NCBI GenBank assembly: GCA_913052475.1
Contig: CAJXEJ010000007.1
Coordinates: forward strand, 911 to 64,910
DNA: 64,000 nt
Source of the DNA: an uncultured Dehalococcoidia bacterium
GTDB lineage: Bacteria > Chloroflexota > Dehalococcoidia > Lucifugimonadales > Lucifugimonadaceae
Direction: 5' to 3'
Positions 28,848-38,390 of this stretch are shown here, one piece after another; the first letter of the stretch is position 1; every line of letters begins with the position of its first letter. Under the pieces are notes generated by a model. It saw nothing but the letters and a program-made list of their open reading frames with translations. It was not told the origin of the DNA and ran no database searches. Made by a program: the position numbers and the translations under genes.

Positions 28848-31800
28848 TCAACTTTCACCCATCCTCATGATTCGGTGTATCGACATTCGGTATACGGAAA
28901 TCAGGATTGCGCCGATCACACCAAGGAATACTAACCCTAAAAGTCCGAACGTAATCCCAAATCCAAACCAATCTATTTGAACAGCCATTGGAGGAACGAC
29001 TACTACGTTCTCTCCTGAATTCGCCAGATACGGCATGATCGCTGTGCCCATTTGGGCACCCATGTAGATGCCAAGCGCAACGGCGACTCCGATGACCATC
29101 ACCTGTTCCAAAACAACGAGGAACAGCAATTGTTTCATCGAAAGGCCGATGGTTCGGAGCAGAGCCAGTTCGGCACGACGCCCGTCGAACGTCACCTTGG
29201 CGTGAACGAGGAAACCGACCGCGCTTACGACTAGAACAGTGAAGAAGGCGATTCCCAGCAAGGCTCGCCAACCCGCAGATACAAGCGGGTCGAAAGCGAC
29301 ACTTGCCAGTTCCTGCGATCGGTCGGTTGTATTTGCACCGGGACGCAAACGGAGCGACGCCAGTTCTCGGCTGATATCGGGAACAGCCCTGTCGCCAGCG
29401 ATCACTGACTCGAGAATTCCTTCTTCGGCGACGAGGAGTTCGGAACCCTGAAGTGTGGATATCCAGAATTCGGTTGGTTGGATATTTCCGACTGTTCGGG
29501 TGATGTTGAGCCGTTCGTGGACGGCTCCAATATCGGCAAGTAGGAAAGATTCGTCATCGAGCGCCAGTGTCGGGAAGTATTCAACTACGTCGCGTATAGA
29601 AATATTAACGGGCGTGCCGTCCATCGCTATTTGCATGATCTTGCCATCTTCACCGCCGTAGCGTTCGACAAACGTAGTGCTTGCGATCACAGGCACTACT
29701 TCAAGTTCAGATCCATGGGCGAGACCGCGGTATTCGTTAGGTCCAGACCGAGTCCACCTCATGCGTGCGATTCCATCGAGCGGTTGGCCGTCCGGTGTTG
29801 AAGCGGGACCGAGATGGTCGCCAAGTGCCTCTCTCGTGGGTGCCATTGTTCGCCAGTTGTCGACCGAATCGAACGTTTCGATGATGATGAGTTCTGTTGC
29901 TTCTTTATTCAGCACCGCGACGTCGTCGATATCAAGTGCCGCCGGGCTGAGACCGTTTTCATAGTCGATCACACCGAGCGAGTGGAGACGGTTCGGCTCT
30001 TTGGGAAGAAGACCTGGAACCCCCCGGAAGTTGGTTGCCTGAATTGCTGCCCCAATCCGACACCACTCCGTGGGTTCGCCCTCGATTGGTAATGGGCAAT
30101 TGAATCGGAACTGGTCGGTAGCCAGTGGATTGAGATTGCCAAGCGGAACTGAGAAAAAATGGCCATTGTCGTCGGAAAGCCTCGCTACAAGGTACGTCGA
30201 TGACTGTCGCACGAGCGGGTGAACTCTGGCGGTTAGCCAGCGACCCTCGGCAGGAAGCTCGATTCCAGCGGCACCACCTACGTCAAGAACTGACGCTTTG
30301 TTTGCGAATGGTGTTAGCCCAAAATCGTCGCGGAACCATCCGACATCCTCAATTGTGTCTAGATCGACTCCAATGAACTGGAATCCTTCGACATTGATGC
30401 CCGCAGTAATATTGGCTGCATAGCGATAGATCGGTGAAGCTGCTTCAACATCTTCAAGCTCTGAAAGGTTGTCGACAACTGAGAACGATAATCCGCCTTC
30501 ACGAACGTTTACCGACGTCAGTTTTATATCGGCACCAGTGCGGTAGTACGCCTGATCGATCGCACTTTGTTCCAGCGTTGCACCGAAGCTGGCAGCGAAC
30601 ACGCCAAGGGCGGCGGTGAGGATCAGCAGGAGTGATAGTCGAGAGTGGTGGGCCGGGTTTCGAGCCATCTGCCAGATGCCGAGAATCAATGCCGGTGGCG
30701 TGACTGAAGACATTGGTCTGCGCGAGAGGACTCGTCCTATCAAATCCATTCCAACCGGGAAGATACGCAGTAGAACTAGACCGGCAGCAACCACGAATAT
30801 CGCAGGTACGCCAAGAATAAGTTGGTTGACCGTCGTTTCGCCGAAAATGCTGACCGCGACGAACGAGCCCTGCTTGGTGAGTTGCCAGAACAGGAACATA
30901 ACAAGGCCTAAGAACCCGAGGTCGAGATAGTAGCGCTGGATCACGGCCAATCGTACGGGCCTTGCTCGCGTCACGCGACTTGCCAGTAACCCCAGTCGTG
31001 TGGCTCGAAGTGCCGGAATGAACAGTGCGAGCAGCCCCAATAGACCACCGAAGAACGCCATGCGGAAGGCACCGATTGTCAGTTGCACCGGGAGCGGGTC
31101 GCCCGAGTTAAGTTCGCTGTAGAGGGGTAATACGCCGATGAATCCAACGCCGAACATAGCGAGGAACGGTCCTGATATTGCTGCGACAGTTGCCAGAAGC
31201 GCTGATTCGATGATGAAAACCGCCAGAATCTGACGTGAGGTAGCCCCACGAGTCCTGAGCAAGCCAACTTCACTACGTTGTGCGTCGACTAGGAGCGATG
31301 CCAGGGTTACGACGTAATAGAGGACGACGAGAACAATCAGTATCAACACGATAAACATCGGGAGTCGGTTGAAGAATAGATCGGTTTCGAAGGCGCTCAG
31401 TACCTGCGGAAGATCAGATCGTAACAGGAAGCCATCGACAATCGCTTTTAATTCGCGTTCGGTGGCATCAATCGTGTTTCGAATCGCTTCGGTTTCAGAT
31501 GCGGCAATTCGGGTCGGATCAACGTCGAGCCACCATGCGTAGTCCGTGCCCATGTTCGGAAAATAAGGCCCTAGCCCTTCGAGAATAGTCTTTTCCAGAA
31601 CTACAAATCGTGCGAACTGGAGCGTGTCGGTACGAGATCCAAATGCTTCGTTCTGGATGCGCCAGTGAGCCAGTTCAGGATCGACGCGTTCGTAGAGACC
31701 TGTAACCAGAATATTTACGCTGGTGTGTTCGTCTTCCCAGTGCGGTCGTGCCGGGTAGAGGTCGCCAACGCTGATGTCCATCATTTCAGCCGACTGGACA

Positions 31801-32354
31801 TCGAGAATTCCTTCGATCTGCAGTGAGCCGTCCGGACCAATGCCGTAAACCTCCCGGGCCATGGTTCCCTCGACGATTTCAACCCGATTTTCGAAATCGG
31901 GGAGCGTCATCATCGTTACTCGACGGCAGTCGCATTCGATTAGTACTTCGTTGTCACCCGAGTTGATGCCGACGTTTGATCGGCATGGACATTCGCCTGG
32001 TGAAACCTTTGCAGGTGGCAAATCAACGAAGAATGTCCAAGTTTTAAGCGCAAACTCTCGTTGGTCGAGAAACGGCTGGAACCTTTTGACGATCGTGCCG
32101 TTCATTGCATCGACGATCGTTGCGTGGGTTTCTGGGCTTGTCGGCACCTGACCCGCTTCGACCAGTACATCAACGTCGGATGGTTCGTGAGTTGCGAGAG
32201 CACGCTGGAGTGCGACATCTCGCAGGGCGTCGAAGAAAATAACCGAACTCGCCATGACCGTCGAAGCGAGCATGACACCCACCACAACTGCAGACAGCAG
32301 TCGCCAGTGCGCAAGTGTTCGCTTGACTATGAGTTGCAGTGAATTACTGATCAT
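28848..32354 (-). CDS. Giant FtsX-family ABC permease (about 10 TM, two large extracytoplasmic domains)
   Basis: 1168 aa. Hydrophobic clusters are arranged 1 + 3, then 3, then 3, with ~300 and ~470 aa soluble inserts (BceB/YbbP-like topology). Overlaps the upstream permease by ATGA. Confidence 0.8.
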   Translation of the reverse strand: MISNSLQLIVKRTLAHWRLLSAVVVGVMLASTVMASSVIFFDALRDVALQRALATHEPSDVDVLVEAGQVPTSPETHATIVDAMNGTIVKRFQPFLDQREFALKTWTFFVDLPPAKVSPGECPCRSNVGINSGDNEVLIECDCRRVTMMTLPDFENRVEIVEGTMAREVYGIGPDGSLQIEGILDVQSAEMMDISVGDLYPARPHWEDEHTSVNILVTGLYERVDPELAHWRIQNEAFGSRTDTLQFARFVVLEKTILEGLGPYFPNMGTDYAWWLDVDPTRIAASETEAIRNTIDATERELKAIVDGFLLRSDLPQVLSAFETDLFFNRLPMFIVLILIVLVVLYYVVTLASLLVDAQRSEVGLLRTRGATSRQILAVFIIESALLATVAAISGPFLAMFGVGFIGVLPLYSELNSGDPLPVQLTIGAFRMAFFGGLLGLLALFIPALRATRLGLLASRVTRARPVRLAVIQRYYLDLGFLGLVMFLFWQLTKQGSFVAVSIFGETTVNQLILGVPAIFVVAAGLVLLRIFPVGMDLIGRVLSRRPMSSVTPPALILGIWQMARNPAHHSRLSLLLILTAALGVFAASFGATLEQSAIDQAYYRTGADIKLTSVNVREGGLSFSVVDNLSELEDVEAASPIYRYAANITAGINVEGFQFIGVDLDTIEDVGWFRDDFGLTPFANKASVLDVGGAAGIELPAEGRWLTARVHPLVRQSSTYLVARLSDDNGHFFSVPLGNLNPLATDQFRFNCPLPIEGEPTEWCRIGAAIQATNFRGVPGLLPKEPNRLHSLGVIDYENGLSPAALDIDDVAVLNKEATELIIIETFDSVDNWRTMAPTREALGDHLGPASTPDGQPLDGIARMRWTRSGPNEYRGLAHGSELEVVPVIASTTFVERYGGEDGKIMQIAMDGTPVNISIRDVVEYFPTLALDDESFLLADIGAVHERLNITRTVGNIQPTEFWISTLQGSELLVAEEGILESVIAGDRAVPDISRELASLRLRPGANTTDRSQELASVAFDPLVSAGWRALLGIAFFTVLVVSAVGFLVHAKVTFDGRRAELALLRTIGLSMKQLLFLVVLEQVMVIGVAVALGIYMGAQMGTAIMPYLANSGENVVVVPPMAVQIDWFGFGITFGLLGLVFLGVIGAILISVYRMSIHRIMRMGES

Positions 32355-35300
32355 ATCGAGGCCGCAGAGAACCCTTCGCGGGCCATCTCCGCAATTTGAA
32401 TTTCATGTAGTGAGCGGACGGAGTTGACTACGCCTGCGAGGGCAATTGTGAATATCGCAGCGATTGTAACCACAGGCAGCATCCAGTTGGTCTGCAAAAT
32501 GAACGGCGGAAGCAGGTGCGCGCCCGTGTCGGTATACGCCATCGAACCGACCATCAGTGAACTCACGGCGAATCCCGTGCCCAATCCGACTACTGCCCCG
32601 ACAAATATCGCTGGAAAAAGTTCTGCAACCGTACTCAACCATTGATCGCGCGTGCTGGCTCCAAGTGCGAGTTTGAGAGCGACATCGCCCTTAGTTCGCA
32701 ATGCGAATGCAGCCATGAACACGGCATATGCCATCAGTACGACCAGCCCCGCAACTATCGTCGCCACAATGCTCATTCCGCGCCAACCTGCTACTGCGAT
32801 TGGATCGATGAAAGTGCTAACGATTCGTTCAGCTCTCAAATCGATTCGAGCCAATCTGAACACTTTTCGAACTTGTTGTCCGATTTCTTCGTTTGGAAAA
32901 TCCGTCGGTTCAAGACTGGCAAAAAGTTCGTTCGGAACGGTTTTTCTGTGACCTCTGAGTTCGATGAAGTCTATTAGGGCGTCCACATCGGTGACGGCAA
33001 ACGGCCCGCGTTCGGGATCAAGCGTTGGGAAGTAAATGACCGTGCCGATCACTTCGACAGGGACCAACCCTCCTAGCACATTGATCACGAATGGGCGGTG
33101 CAGGCCGACACCGGTTTGCGACATGAAGGCCTCGCTAGCGATTATCGGAATCGGACGATCAACGGCCTGGCGGTAGATGCCTCGGATTCCCTGACTGGAA
33201 CCTCTGCCGAGTGAGACGCTTCCTACACCGTTGCCGGCATCGTTCGCAATGTAGCCAGAGATGCCATCGGGCTCGGGGGCTATCGTAAACCCAGTGTCTT
33301 CACCTTCTGCTGTGGGAAGGCCTTTCCACAGTTCGGGAACGTCGAAATCGATCACCAGATGTCTGGCTCCATCGGCTGTGGTAACAACGAGGTCATCGAC
33401 CAGCAGCGTCGAAAGTGGGGCACTGTCGGGCCCGACAGTCATGAAGGTTTGAATTGAGGTTATCCGCACCGGTTGCGGAAACGCCCCAAGGTGCCCTGTG
33501 GCGTTGTACCAGCCTTCTTCAAACTGCCCCAAATTGATCGTGTGAGGTTCTCCGAGTCCGTCTTTTAGCACTACCCAGAGCTCGAGCATGGGGGTGACAG
33601 GTTGTACGTTGACCCACATCGAAAGATCGATCGAATCAGGTGGCAATTCAATAGGTTCAGGCAGCACTCGGACTGCGAGCCGGTCGACGAGTTGATCGAT
33701 CGTCGCACGAGAATTGGAAAAGTCGTCTCGGAACCATGCGACCTGCTGGAAATCTATCGGGTCGATCGAAAGAAGATTGAATTGCGATCCTGTTGAGGTT
33801 GTGCCAACAGTGGCTACGGTTCGTAATGCTGGAGTCACAACGTCGATGGTTTCCAGATCACGGACTTTTTCTAGTTGCTCATGTGCGACCTGACCGGTTG
33901 TTCCAATTGTCGTGACATGAATATCGGCTCCAGTGCTGTAGAGGACCTGCTCGTTGGTTGACCGTTCAAGGGTGGATACAACCGACCCGGCAACAACACC
34001 TGTACTGATCGATAGAATTATCGCCAGCATTGGCCAGCCGTGGAAAAACGGTCGTCGCGCTACGCTTGCGAGCCCAAGCCCCAAACCCAATGAATTCGAT
34101 TTCAACCCAATTTCAGCGAGAAATCGGGTGATGATCGGAAACAGGCGCAATGCCACCAACGAACTCGCCATCACGATTAGCACCGGAGCCGCCAGCAGGC
34201 TGAAATCGGGTGAAAAATCTCCCCCTCGTTCGAGAACTACAATTGCATTTCTTGCACCAACCTCCCACCAGACGATAGCGCTTAGAGCGACCAGCAAGGC
34301 ATCGATGTAGTAGCGCTGGAACCAGAGAGCGCTGACTGGCCGAGCGTCGGAGGATCGAGAGGCTGCCAGCGTTGCCTCATCCCAGAATGAAGACGCCGCA
34401 GTAACGACCAGTATCGTTCCGATTGCCCCGCCAAACGACCATATCCAGATGGTTGGGTATAACTCGACGGGCATAGTGCTGCCGTTGGTTATGGAGTTGT
34501 ACGCAGGCAGGTAGCCGATAACGGCGATGACTAGTGTCGAGACGAGTGGAGCAACTATTGCTGCAGGAATTGAGACTATCGCGGCTCCTATCGCGTGGAT
34601 TCCCAACTGCTGCTTTACGTTGAAGCCCCGACTTCGAAGCATCATGTAACCGTTGATCCGCTTTCTGCCGAGCAGTCCTGCGGCCATCGTGAGATAGAAA
34701 GCGACGCATGCGAGCGTGAGTAGCGTCATGAGCAGTAATGGGATGCTGCCGAAAAGCGCTCGCTGCTTCATTGTTTCGACACGAGGGATCAGTTCGGTAA
34801 TCACGAAGGGACGGGCGACCGTGTTTTCGAGTTGATCGGCGAGATCGTCGAACGTTGTTTCCAACTCAGCAATCGACATGTCAGCAAGAAGTGTTTGATC
34901 GATGAAGAAGAACCAGTCGTACGATGCAGGGAGCCCGGCGTTGGCTTCGGCGACCAGCGTGAACATTGAATTGCTCGTTGGGAGCATGATTAAGGGCTGT
35001 TCACGCCCCTCAATTGAGGGTGAAAGATAGGCTTCGCCAAGTTCCATCCAGAACCGTTCGCCTAGATCGGTCGGTGTGAAGGTTCCAGTCACAATAGCCC
35101 GAACCAATCCCGTGCCACCGTCGACCGATTGTGAATCGATAACGTCGCCTATCGAAATACGGAGATGTTTCGCACGGTCGTGCTCAATCGCAACCTCAAT
35201 AGCGGGTTTGCCATCGACATTGGTTACGGAGTCGGTAGGGGCAATCCCCTCGATGTATTCGACGTGATCGTCGATGTTTTCAATGTACTGGAACGAGCTC

Positions 35301-35620
35301 TGCGACGCCAATGAATCGGTCCTGAGGCCCGTCTCTAGCCATCCCCACCAGTGGATGCGGCTTTTTACGAGCCGTCCTGAACCTTCTACGAGTTCACCAA
35401 GATGAGTATCGATTGCTGAGAAAACCGACTCGTCTGTGAGTTGGCGATCTTCGTCGGCTAGCGGAACCCAGGAAGTGTTGATGTGAACACTCGAATTGAT
35501 CGGGCCGATCTCCTCGACCACTGCTCGCATTGAAACGATTTCAAGCGACCGACGATACTGAGGAATTCCCGATGCAGTCGTTGTTGCAAAGAGAGCACCG
35601 ACTATCAGTCCGGCGATCAT
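32351..35620 (-). CDS. Giant FtsX-family ABC permease, paralogue of 28848..32354
   Basis: 1089 aa with the same topology. The frame stays open upstream to 35735 and encodes ...NLNLLRLIKTRASSDPW before the first ATG, so the true start may be non-canonical. Confidence 0.8.
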   Translation of the reverse strand: MIAGLIVGALFATTTASGIPQYRRSLEIVSMRAVVEEIGPINSSVHINTSWVPLADEDRQLTDESVFSAIDTHLGELVEGSGRLVKSRIHWWGWLETGLRTDSLASQSSFQYIENIDDHVEYIEGIAPTDSVTNVDGKPAIEVAIEHDRAKHLRISIGDVIDSQSVDGGTGLVRAIVTGTFTPTDLGERFWMELGEAYLSPSIEGREQPLIMLPTSNSMFTLVAEANAGLPASYDWFFFIDQTLLADMSIAELETTFDDLADQLENTVARPFVITELIPRVETMKQRALFGSIPLLLMTLLTLACVAFYLTMAAGLLGRKRINGYMMLRSRGFNVKQQLGIHAIGAAIVSIPAAIVAPLVSTLVIAVIGYLPAYNSITNGSTMPVELYPTIWIWSFGGAIGTILVVTAASSFWDEATLAASRSSDARPVSALWFQRYYIDALLVALSAIVWWEVGARNAIVVLERGGDFSPDFSLLAAPVLIVMASSLVALRLFPIITRFLAEIGLKSNSLGLGLGLASVARRPFFHGWPMLAIILSISTGVVAGSVVSTLERSTNEQVLYSTGADIHVTTIGTTGQVAHEQLEKVRDLETIDVVTPALRTVATVGTTSTGSQFNLLSIDPIDFQQVAWFRDDFSNSRATIDQLVDRLAVRVLPEPIELPPDSIDLSMWVNVQPVTPMLELWVVLKDGLGEPHTINLGQFEEGWYNATGHLGAFPQPVRITSIQTFMTVGPDSAPLSTLLVDDLVVTTADGARHLVIDFDVPELWKGLPTAEGEDTGFTIAPEPDGISGYIANDAGNGVGSVSLGRGSSQGIRGIYRQAVDRPIPIIASEAFMSQTGVGLHRPFVINVLGGLVPVEVIGTVIYFPTLDPERGPFAVTDVDALIDFIELRGHRKTVPNELFASLEPTDFPNEEIGQQVRKVFRLARIDLRAERIVSTFIDPIAVAGWRGMSIVATIVAGLVVLMAYAVFMAAFALRTKGDVALKLALGASTRDQWLSTVAELFPAIFVGAVVGLGTGFAVSSLMVGSMAYTDTGAHLLPPFILQTNWMLPVVTIAAIFTIALAGVVNSVRSLHEIQIAEMAREGFSAASI

Positions 35621-35836
35621 CCAGGGATCGGAACTTGCTCGGGTTTTTATGAGTCTAAGTAGATTCAGATTCGTACTCTGATGGCTTCCGTTCGTGACGG
35701 TTACGGTTAGCAGCAGTCGATTTTTCGCAGTGATTCATATCACTCTGGCATTGAATACCCACAGACGATAAGCACTGTCGCTTGATACGCTGGCAGAACG
35801 GAATTCGGTCTATTCGATCCAGACATTACCACTACT

Positions 35837-36958
35837 GTGACTTCTCTTCGCCGTCTAAAACTTGTGAATGTTGCCATCCTGCTGATATCGCTTGCGGTGA
35901 TCGCCACCTCCTGTGCTGGTTCGGGAGGTGACGGCCAGAGTATCTCGCCCAATGACCCAACTTCGGTTGGCGAGAAGCCGGATGCAACACTCGAACCAAC
36001 GGAGGCAGTTGTTCCCACCGCTGTCACCCGATCAGCTGATTCACAACCGCTAACAACCCCGGAACTGGTTGAGATTCTCACTCCTTCTGTTGTTCAGATT
36101 GCTGTGAGTTTGGAGCGTGGTCAGGGTATTGGAACTGGCGTAATTCTCGATGAAGAAGGTTTGATTCTGACTAACTGGCATGTGGTTGAAGGTGCTGTGG
36201 CGATTACGGTTGCTTTCGAAGATGGCACGATTGCTGAAGGTGAACTGTTTCGGCGGGATCCCCAGCTTGATCTGGCGATAGTTCGTGTTGCGGATCAACG
36301 TGGACTTAAACCCGCGATTATTGGTGATTCTGATGCGCTTCGCATTGGAGAAGATGTAGTCGCCATCGGGCACGCTCTTGGATTACGGGGCGGTCCGACC
36401 GTGAGCAAGGGAGTCGTTAGTGCACTCGATCGAACGATTGTTGGCGAAGTAGGTGGTGATCTGACCGGGCTTGTCCAGACCGACGCTGCGATCAACGAAG
36501 GCAACTCCGGTGGTCCGCTTGTGAATATGTTCGGCGAAGTTGTTGGCATCAATACGGCGAAGATCAATGCAGGCGATCGGATCGGCTTTGCGATCAATAT
36601 GAACGCTGCGAAAACTGCCGCGTACAGTTTGATCGCACAAGGCCCGATGCCTCCTCCCGGTTTTCTGGGTGTTGGGGGCGTCGATGTTACCCGAGCACTT
36701 GCCCGCGCACTCCGGCTTCCTGTCGGTGAAGGCTTTGGCGTGACTGTGATCGAACCGGGATCACCGGCAGATCAGGCTGGAATCGAACTGGACGACATCA
36801 TTGTTCAGCTCGATACGACCGAGATCACGCGCGGGCAGGATCTAACCGATTTCCTTCGCGAGCATATCAGCGGAGACACAATCAAGGTCACGGTCGTCAG
36901 AGACTCTCAGTTCCTGGTATCGCTGGAAGCCACACTGGTTGAACGTCCCGAGCGATAA
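35837..36958 (+). CDS. HtrA/DegP-family S1C serine protease with PDZ domain, lipoprotein-type signal
   Basis: Lipobox LAVIATSC, TNWHVV His region, DLAIV, GNSGGPL catalytic Ser and a C-terminal PDZ-like region. GTG start. Confidence 0.85.
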   Translation: MTSLRRLKLVNVAILLISLAVIATSCAGSGGDGQSISPNDPTSVGEKPDATLEPTEAVVPTAVTRSADSQPLTTPELVEILTPSVVQIAVSLERGQGIGTGVILDEEGLILTNWHVVEGAVAITVAFEDGTIAEGELFRRDPQLDLAIVRVADQRGLKPAIIGDSDALRIGEDVVAIGHALGLRGGPTVSKGVVSALDRTIVGEVGGDLTGLVQTDAAINEGNSGGPLVNMFGEVVGINTAKINAGDRIGFAINMNAAKTAAYSLIAQGPMPPPGFLGVGGVDVTRALARALRLPVGEGFGVTVIEPGSPADQAGIELDDIIVQLDTTEITRGQDLTDFLREHISGDTIKVTVVRDSQFLVSLEATLVERPER

Positions 36959-36989
36959 AGCCGACGTTCAACCAGAGCCCTGCACTGTT

Positions 36990-37014
36990 ATGTGCATTGC
37001 GGTGCACATTTTTT
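36990..37014 (+). terminator. Rho-independent terminator after the HtrA gene
   Basis: ATGTGCA-ttgcgg-TGCACAT (7-bp stem) followed by TTTTT. Confidence 0.6.
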
Positions 37015-37080
37015 CGCCCTATCGTGCAAAATGTGCGGGATTCTTTCGCATGTGCGACAACTCGATAGAAGGGCATCTCG

Positions 37081-37908
37081 ATGACCGACCTGACCGGTTC
37101 CGAACTTAAGGGCAAAGTGGCGATTGTTACTGGGGCGGGTCGGATGCGCGGAATCGGCCGTGGCACAGCAGTTGTGCTGGCCCGTATGGGTGCGAATGTG
37201 GTAGTGACGGGCACTGGACGTGACCCGGGTACGTTCCCGCAGGATGAAAAGGACGCCGGCTGGCGAGATATTCATTCCACCGCTGAGCAGGTCGAGTCGT
37301 ACGGTGTGAAGGCACTGCCGCTTATTTCGAACATCACCGATGAAGATGATGTACAGAAGATGGTGGACACGACGGTCGCTGAGTTCGGGAGCCTCGACAT
37401 CATCGTCAACAACGCCGCAGCACCGTACGGCAACGATCGCGTTTCCGTACTGGACATGCGGGCTGATGTCTTCAAGACAGTCATTGAAGTGAAGGTGCTT
37501 GGGACCTTCTATGCCTGTCGAGCTGCTGTGGCGCAGATGATTAAGCAGGGCGAGGGTGGTCGGGTAGTCAACCTGTCTTCGACGATGGGTAAGAGCGGTC
37601 GAGCCAACACCAGCGCCTATAACGCAGCCAATTTCGCTGTCGATGGATTTACTCAGGCACTATCGAAAGAAGTTGGCGAGCACGCCATCACCGTGAACAG
37701 CGTATGCCCTGGCCTGACCGAAACTTCACGCCTTGATCCGATGGGGCGTACCGGCCGCTGGGACGCACGTATAGTAGAGATTCCATTGCTACGAGCAGGC
37801 AGCGACGAAGAGGTTGGCGAGCTGATCGGTTTCCTCTGCAGCCCTCGAGCGGGTTACATCACAGGTCAGTCGTTGAACATCAACGGCGGTGTGATTACCG
37901 AACGTTAA
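37081..37908 (+). CDS. Short-chain dehydrogenase/reductase (FabG-like) with an atypical Y-x3-N active-site motif
   Basis: VTGAGRMRGIG, NNAA and SST...AYNAANFAV. The usual YxxxK lysine is Asn (AAT at 37630..37632). Confidence 0.85.
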   Translation: MTDLTGSELKGKVAIVTGAGRMRGIGRGTAVVLARMGANVVVTGTGRDPGTFPQDEKDAGWRDIHSTAEQVESYGVKALPLISNITDEDDVQKMVDTTVAEFGSLDIIVNNAAAPYGNDRVSVLDMRADVFKTVIEVKVLGTFYACRAAVAQMIKQGEGGRVVNLSSTMGKSGRANTSAYNAANFAVDGFTQALSKEVGEHAITVNSVCPGLTETSRLDPMGRTGRWDARIVEIPLLRAGSDEEVGELIGFLCSPRAGYITGQSLNINGGVITER

Positions 37909-38390
37909 ATCTCCATACCTTCGTACAAGGCGATTTCAACGAAATCTGCCGATTCGACGTCCCACTCAAACTGGCGTGCTTCGACGACTCGATCGCCGTC
38001 GATACCGACCACAATCTGATTGACGGGGTATGCTGGGCCATCGCCCCACGGATCGGAAGCGTTGGCGCGGTCGGTCTCCGAGAAATAAGCGCGGCCGTTC
38101 GGGTGCGAGTGGTAAATGATTCGCGGGCGAACATCGTTGTCGAGCGTGAGGTTCAACTCGAGTAGATCGTTATCGGAAATAACGAACGCAGTCTGGGCGG
38201 TGCGGTTTTTGGCGGTCGGATGGGTATCCGGCTCGTAGGCGTTGATGGCGGGTCGCACACCGTCAACCGAATTCGAGTCCTTTCCGCCGGTCAGCCAGCC
38301 ACAGCACTCATTCGGGAACAATTCCCGGGCGTGCTTGTATATCGTTTCGAGGGAGGAACGAGGGACTTCTATGGGTTCTGGCGTTGGCAA
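37905..38390 (-). CDS. JAB/MPN (JAMM) domain metalloprotease-like protein
   Basis: E in NECCGWL, plus HSHPNGRAYFSETD, which equals HxHx7Sx2D. Confidence 0.8.
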   Translation of the reverse strand: MPTPEPIEVPRSSLETIYKHARELFPNECCGWLTGGKDSNSVDGVRPAINAYEPDTHPTAKNRTAQTAFVISDNDLLELNLTLDNDVRPRIIYHSHPNGRAYFSETDRANASDPWGDGPAYPVNQIVVGIDGDRVVEARQFEWDVESADFVEIALYEGMEI

